A stretch of DNA of 63,998 nt, filler included, from an uncultured bacterium (GTDB lineage: Bacteria > Hinthialibacterota > Hinthialibacteria > Hinthialibacterales > Hinthialibacteraceae), in the NCBI GenBank assembly GCA_964449065.1. It is 4 parts of 4 records of this genome, joined end to end, with 100 filler letters (N's around TTAATTAATTAA, not from the genome) between each part and the next. Parts side by side here need not be neighbours in the genome. Positions count along the whole stretch, not along the records: positions 56,617 to 63,998 come from CAYVAZ010000260.1; 3 more parts are not named here. One strand, 5' to 3'. The stretch's first letter is position 1; every line of letters begins with the position of its first letter. A program made the translations under genes and the position numbers. The notes beneath the pieces are model-generated. The model saw only the letters and a program-made list of their open reading frames with translations. It did no database searches and had not been told where the DNA came from. This document shows positions 60,485 to 63,998 of this stretch, in pieces.

Positions 60485-60867
60485 ATGAACAAAAAGCAAG
60501 TTCTTTAAGAATAACTCACCTTACGCGGAAGAGGATCAATACTGGATAAAAAAAAGGATTCGATTGAATAGCCGTTCTATCTGAATCAAACGGATTATCT
60601 ATCGTCTTCTCCCTTTGGGAGAAGATAAGAGATGAGGGCGAAGAGAGCGATTGCTCCCTGTAACGCAATAACGTACTTAGAGGATATTGTCTCCATAAGC
60701 CCTCACCCCAACCCTCTCCCGGTGGGCGAGGGCGATAGATACTGCGAACAATTAGAATAATGGGCATATCATAACATATGCGTAACATGAGAGAATAATT
60801 TGAAACACCAAAATATGCTGTTGAGAATTGGCGGAAATTTTTAAGCCAATTGGAGATTAAGCCATGA
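60485..60867 (+). pseudogene. Disrupted HicA-like toxin gene
   Basis: 5' MNKKQV and 3' TPKYAVENWRKFLSQLEIKP, whose stop overlaps the hicB ATG; middle occupied by a MITE. Confidence 0.6.
60517..60789. mobile_element. MITE-like element (about 273 bp)
   Basis: Ends CACCTTACGC and GCGTAACATG; flanks TAAGAATAACT/AGAGAATAATT as an imperfect 11-bp duplication; internal REP-type hairpins. Confidence 0.75.
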
Positions 60868-61070
60868 TAACATATAAAGGATATTCGGCCATGCCGCAAT
60901 ATAGTTCGGATGACAAATGCTTTCATGGTACTCTTTTGGGGATATCCGACTGCGTCATGTTTGAAGGCCGTACTGTTGATGAATTGGAATCCGCGTTTCA
61001 GGAAGCTGTCGATGATTACATTGCCGATTGTCAGGAAGACGGAAATGAACCGAAAATGCAATTCGAGTAG
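60864..61070 (+). CDS. HicB-family antitoxin lacking the C-terminal DNA-binding domain
   Basis: MITYKGY..FHG..FEGRTVDELESAFQEAVDDYIADC; stop lies inside a palindrome. Confidence 0.8.
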   Translation: MITYKGYSAMPQYSSDDKCFHGTLLGISDCVMFEGRTVDELESAFQEAVDDYIADCQEDGNEPKMQFE

Positions 61071-61094
61071 GGGCACGTTGCAACGTGCCCCTAC
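61067..61094. repeat. GTAG-type perfect palindrome (REP-like)
   Basis: GTAGGGGCACGTTG-CAACGTGCCCCTAC. Confidence 0.8.
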
Positions 61095-61115
61095 CACCAC
61101 GTTATTTTTCTACCA

Positions 61116-61685
61116 CTATTCCGCCGGAATTGGGCGCAGGCGCAATGTATTTACCCGCAGTTTGGTGTCGCGCTGGGCGGCGAATTTTCGTTCTTCTTTT
61201 TCATAAAGCCACACAGGTTGGTTGGTTTCCGTCAGCATGAATCCCTTGGGAAGAACAAATACGATGGGATGGCTGGTTTCATAAGAAAGCACCAACCGAT
61301 TAAGGGCATCGATATAGACTTCTTCCTTCGATAGAATGGTGTGGACAACCACACGCAGCGGTTGGCTGTTCCCTTGCTTTATGGGAGTGTTGTAGCGGAT
61401 TTTCAGGCGCGGGTAGCCGGTATCCGGCATGTATTCAATCCAAAAATCCAAATGCTCTTGGCGGTCCGGATTGACTACGCTTTCGACTTTGAACGATTCT
61501 TTATCGCCTTCATGAATAAACCCTCTTTCGGGGAATAAAAAAGTTTGGTTGCCCGCTTGGCGGTCTTCAAGGTCATAGGTCAGACGCACCAAGCGTTTAT
61601 CCGCATCCAAGACTTCAAAAGTCACATCCGCCCAACCGGACACAGCGAATGTGCATATCACAATCCATAAACTGAAGCGCTTCAT
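61116..61685 (-). CDS. Secreted hypothetical protein
   Basis: AGGA RBS; signal peptide MKRFSLWIVICTFAVSGWA. Confidence 0.7.
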   Translation of the reverse strand: MKRFSLWIVICTFAVSGWADVTFEVLDADKRLVRLTYDLEDRQAGNQTFLFPERGFIHEGDKESFKVESVVNPDRQEHLDFWIEYMPDTGYPRLKIRYNTPIKQGNSQPLRVVVHTILSKEEVYIDALNRLVLSYETSHPIVFVLPKGFMLTETNQPVWLYEKEERKFAAQRDTKLRVNTLRLRPIPAE

Positions 61686-61790
61686 ATTTGGTTTCCTTTC
61701 ATTCAAGGTATGATTCTATCCATTATACATTGATTATCGCAGTCATAGCCATTATAACTAATTCTGCTGCGCTTCTCAAAGGAGAAACGA

Positions 61791-63017
61791 ATGGAAGTAC
61801 TCGCGATTAACGGGGGGACGCCATACCGATGCAAACCGTTTCCAAAATGGCCGTATTACAACGAGGATGATAAACAAGCATTGCTGCAAACGCTTGAACA
61901 AGACGAATGGGGAATCGATGCGAAATCAATCGCCGATTTTGAACAGAATTTCGCGCAGTTCTGCGGGGCCAATAATGCCGTGACCTGCACCAATGGAACT
62001 GACGCGATTTATATCGCCTTGCAGGCGCTGGATATCGGGGCGGGGGATGAAGTGATTATTCCACCCTACACCTTTATCGCGACCGGGATTGCGGTGTTGA
62101 TGGTAAACGCGATACCGGTGTTCGCGGATATTGACCCTGGTACATACAACCTATCGCCGCAATCCGTGAAAGAGAAAATCACAGAGCGGACAAAAGCAAT
62201 CATTCCAGTGCACATTGCGGGGAATCCCGCGGATATGGACGGGATTATGAAAGTCGCGAACGAGCACAACTTGAAGGTGATTGAAGACAACGCGCAAGGT
62301 CCCGGGGCGGAATGGCGGGGGCGCAAAGCCGGTACCATTGGCCATGCCGGAACATTTTCATTTCAATCCTCAAAAAATCTTTCCTGCGGGGAAGGCGGAG
62401 CGATTGTCACCAACGATGATCATACCGCTGCCCGTCTGCGTACGTTTACCAATTGCGGCCGGGTTGAAGGCGGCGCTTGGTATGATCATCACGAACTGGC
62501 GGGCAACCACCGCTTGGGGGCGTTTCAAGCCGCATTGCTGAATGTCGGTTTGACGCGGCTGGAAGAGCAGATGAAGATTCGGGAAGAAAACGCGTGCTAT
62601 CTGGCCGGGCAGTTAGAAAAAGTGGGGATGTCGCTGCAGAAAACGTACGAAGGCACAACCCGCCATGCGTATCATTTGGGGATTCTGCTTTACAATTCAG
62701 AGAAATTCGGCGGTGTTCCCAAAGCGAAGTTTGTGGAGGCGCTGGAGAAGGAAGGGATCCCCTGCGCTGACGGTTACATGCCTTTGTACAAATACAAAAT
62801 CTTCGAACAGTTTCCAGAGCGGATACCGGCGTATGAGTATATCTACAAAGGCCGTGTGGATTACAACTCGGTGCATTGCCCGGAATGCGAGCGGATGTGC
62901 GATACCGAAGGCGTGTGGATTTTTCAAGAAATGCTGTTGGGTACAAAAGAAGATATGGATGATATCGTGACAGCGATTGAGAAGATTCAAGAGAATTGTG
63001 AAGCGTTGATGGGATAA
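61791..63017 (+). CDS. DegT/DnrJ/EryC1/StrS aminotransferase
   Basis: NGTDA, YTFIAT, IEDNAQ, FSFQSSKNLSCGEGG motifs. Confidence 0.93.
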   Translation: MEVLAINGGTPYRCKPFPKWPYYNEDDKQALLQTLEQDEWGIDAKSIADFEQNFAQFCGANNAVTCTNGTDAIYIALQALDIGAGDEVIIPPYTFIATGIAVLMVNAIPVFADIDPGTYNLSPQSVKEKITERTKAIIPVHIAGNPADMDGIMKVANEHNLKVIEDNAQGPGAEWRGRKAGTIGHAGTFSFQSSKNLSCGEGGAIVTNDDHTAARLRTFTNCGRVEGGAWYDHHELAGNHRLGAFQAALLNVGLTRLEEQMKIREENACYLAGQLEKVGMSLQKTYEGTTRHAYHLGILLYNSEKFGGVPKAKFVEALEKEGIPCADGYMPLYKYKIFEQFPERIPAYEYIYKGRVDYNSVHCPECERMCDTEGVWIFQEMLLGTKEDMDDIVTAIEKIQENCEALMG

Positions 63018-63108
63018 ACGGTTTTGGTATAGGCCGAATGATCTACTTCAAACGCAAGGTCTATCGTCTTCTCCCAAAGGGCGGGGGCGATAGGCATAGT
63101 GAATAATT

Positions 63109-63373
63109 CATGTTACGCAAAATTCTATACGGTAGGTATTGTTGCGAGATTTTAATCCGTTTCGATAGTCACTAAATAAGAAGAAATGCAACAAAATATG
63201 GAGGCAGTAATGCCCGTATGATAACATTGAGAAATTTGAAATGCAGTACAATAACCCCCTTACATAAGGGGGTGGAGCCGTAGGCTCCGGGGGATTTTGC
63301 GTTGTTGATAGCGTACTTCGATCCCCCCCCTTAATAAGGGGGGATAACGACAGTCTCTTCGTTGTGTAACATG
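63109..63373. mobile_element. MITE (265 bp) with terminal inverted repeats and exact 11-bp target duplication
   Basis: CATGTTACGCAA ... TTGTGTAACATG flanked by AGTGAATAATT at 63098-63108 and 63374-63384. Confidence 0.85.
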
Positions 63374-63464
63374 AGTGAATAATTCGATTTATTCGAATAA
63401 CGGGCATATCGTAACGCATGAGTAACATAAGGGATTGAACGACCCTAAATCGATTGGATGGGAT

Positions 63465-63998
63465 ATGGTTACCACCGCAGTGATATTGGCCGCCGGAAAA
63501 GGATCAAAACTTTTTCCGTATAACGATACCTGGCAAAAGGCCGCGCTGCCGCTGGCGAACATGCCGGTCATTCGCTGGCAGGTGCAGACGCTGCAAGCGT
63601 GCGGAATTTCGCAGTTTGTTGTGGTGATCAATCACTTCGGCAGCCAGGTGAAACACGCGCTTAGCGGCATCGATGGGATTGAATTTGTTGAGCAAAAAAC
63701 GCTGAACGGTACCGCCGGGGCTTTGCAATGCGCCCTTCCCTTTATTCAGGAAAATGACTTTTTAGTTGTATACGGCGACACGGTATATTCAGAAGCGGAT
63801 ATTCAATCCTTATTGGCCGCCCATCGTGAACAAAACCATCCAACCGCGCTTGTGCAGAAGTTAGATATGAATTCTCCGCAAGAATGGATATGTGCCAATC
63901 TAAAAGATGATCAGGTTACAGAGATTTTAGGGCATCCACGCGAAGCAAGCCACCGTTTGTGCGGGATTTATATTCTCAATAAAGAGATTGAATCTTAC
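63465..63998 (+). CDS. Sugar-phosphate nucleotidyltransferase (GlmU-like N-terminus), runs off the window
   Basis: MVTTAVILAAGKGSKLFP..KAALPLAN; GTAGAL; VVYGD. Confidence 0.85.
   Translation, partial: MVTTAVILAAGKGSKLFPYNDTWQKAALPLANMPVIRWQVQTLQACGISQFVVVINHFGSQVKHALSGIDGIEFVEQKTLNGTAGALQCALPFIQENDFLVVYGDTVYSEADIQSLLAAHREQNHPTALVQKLDMNSPQEWICANLKDDQVTEILGHPREASHRLCGIYILNKEIESY

Noticed and set aside
60516..61100. 194-aa minus-strand ORF sharing IYRPRPPGExWG with ORF 29818-30102
   Set aside because: The similarity comes from translating the same non-coding MITE/REP sequence

Overview
Bacterial draft-genome window (about 45-50% GC by eye) made of four unlinked contigs joined by 100-nt N/TTAATTAATTAA linkers (18865-18964, 37825-37924, 56517-56616), so adjacency across the linkers is not real synteny. 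It carries housekeeping genes (dapL-like aminotransferase, tadA plus tRNA-Ser(CGA), trpD, fliG, neuC/neuA, rdgB, lipA, malic enzyme), many secreted beta-propeller/FG-GAP proteins, two GspG-like prepilins, three toxin-antitoxin loci, an Rpn nuclease, transposase remnants and several interspersed repeat families. The gene style suggests a poorly studied lineage such as Ca. Hinthialibacterota/Sumerlaeota (inference only). Main leads: (1) a short C-terminal motif, (T/S)-x-V-x-(D/G)-W-E, on three signal-peptide proteins from two families, a candidate lineage-specific secretion or sorting signal; (2) two tandem paralogues with divergent AT-rich bodies but a 47/48-nt identical 3' end that encodes this motif; (3) an integrase-less integron remnant with a well-formed attC, one intact cassette and a decayed mrr cassette; (4) an IS4-like MITE family with CATGTTACGC ends and an 11-bp target duplication, one copy sitting inside a broken hicA; (5) a circularly permuted three-repeat secreted protein; (6) an unexplained 137-nt structured element downstream of a solitary fliG.
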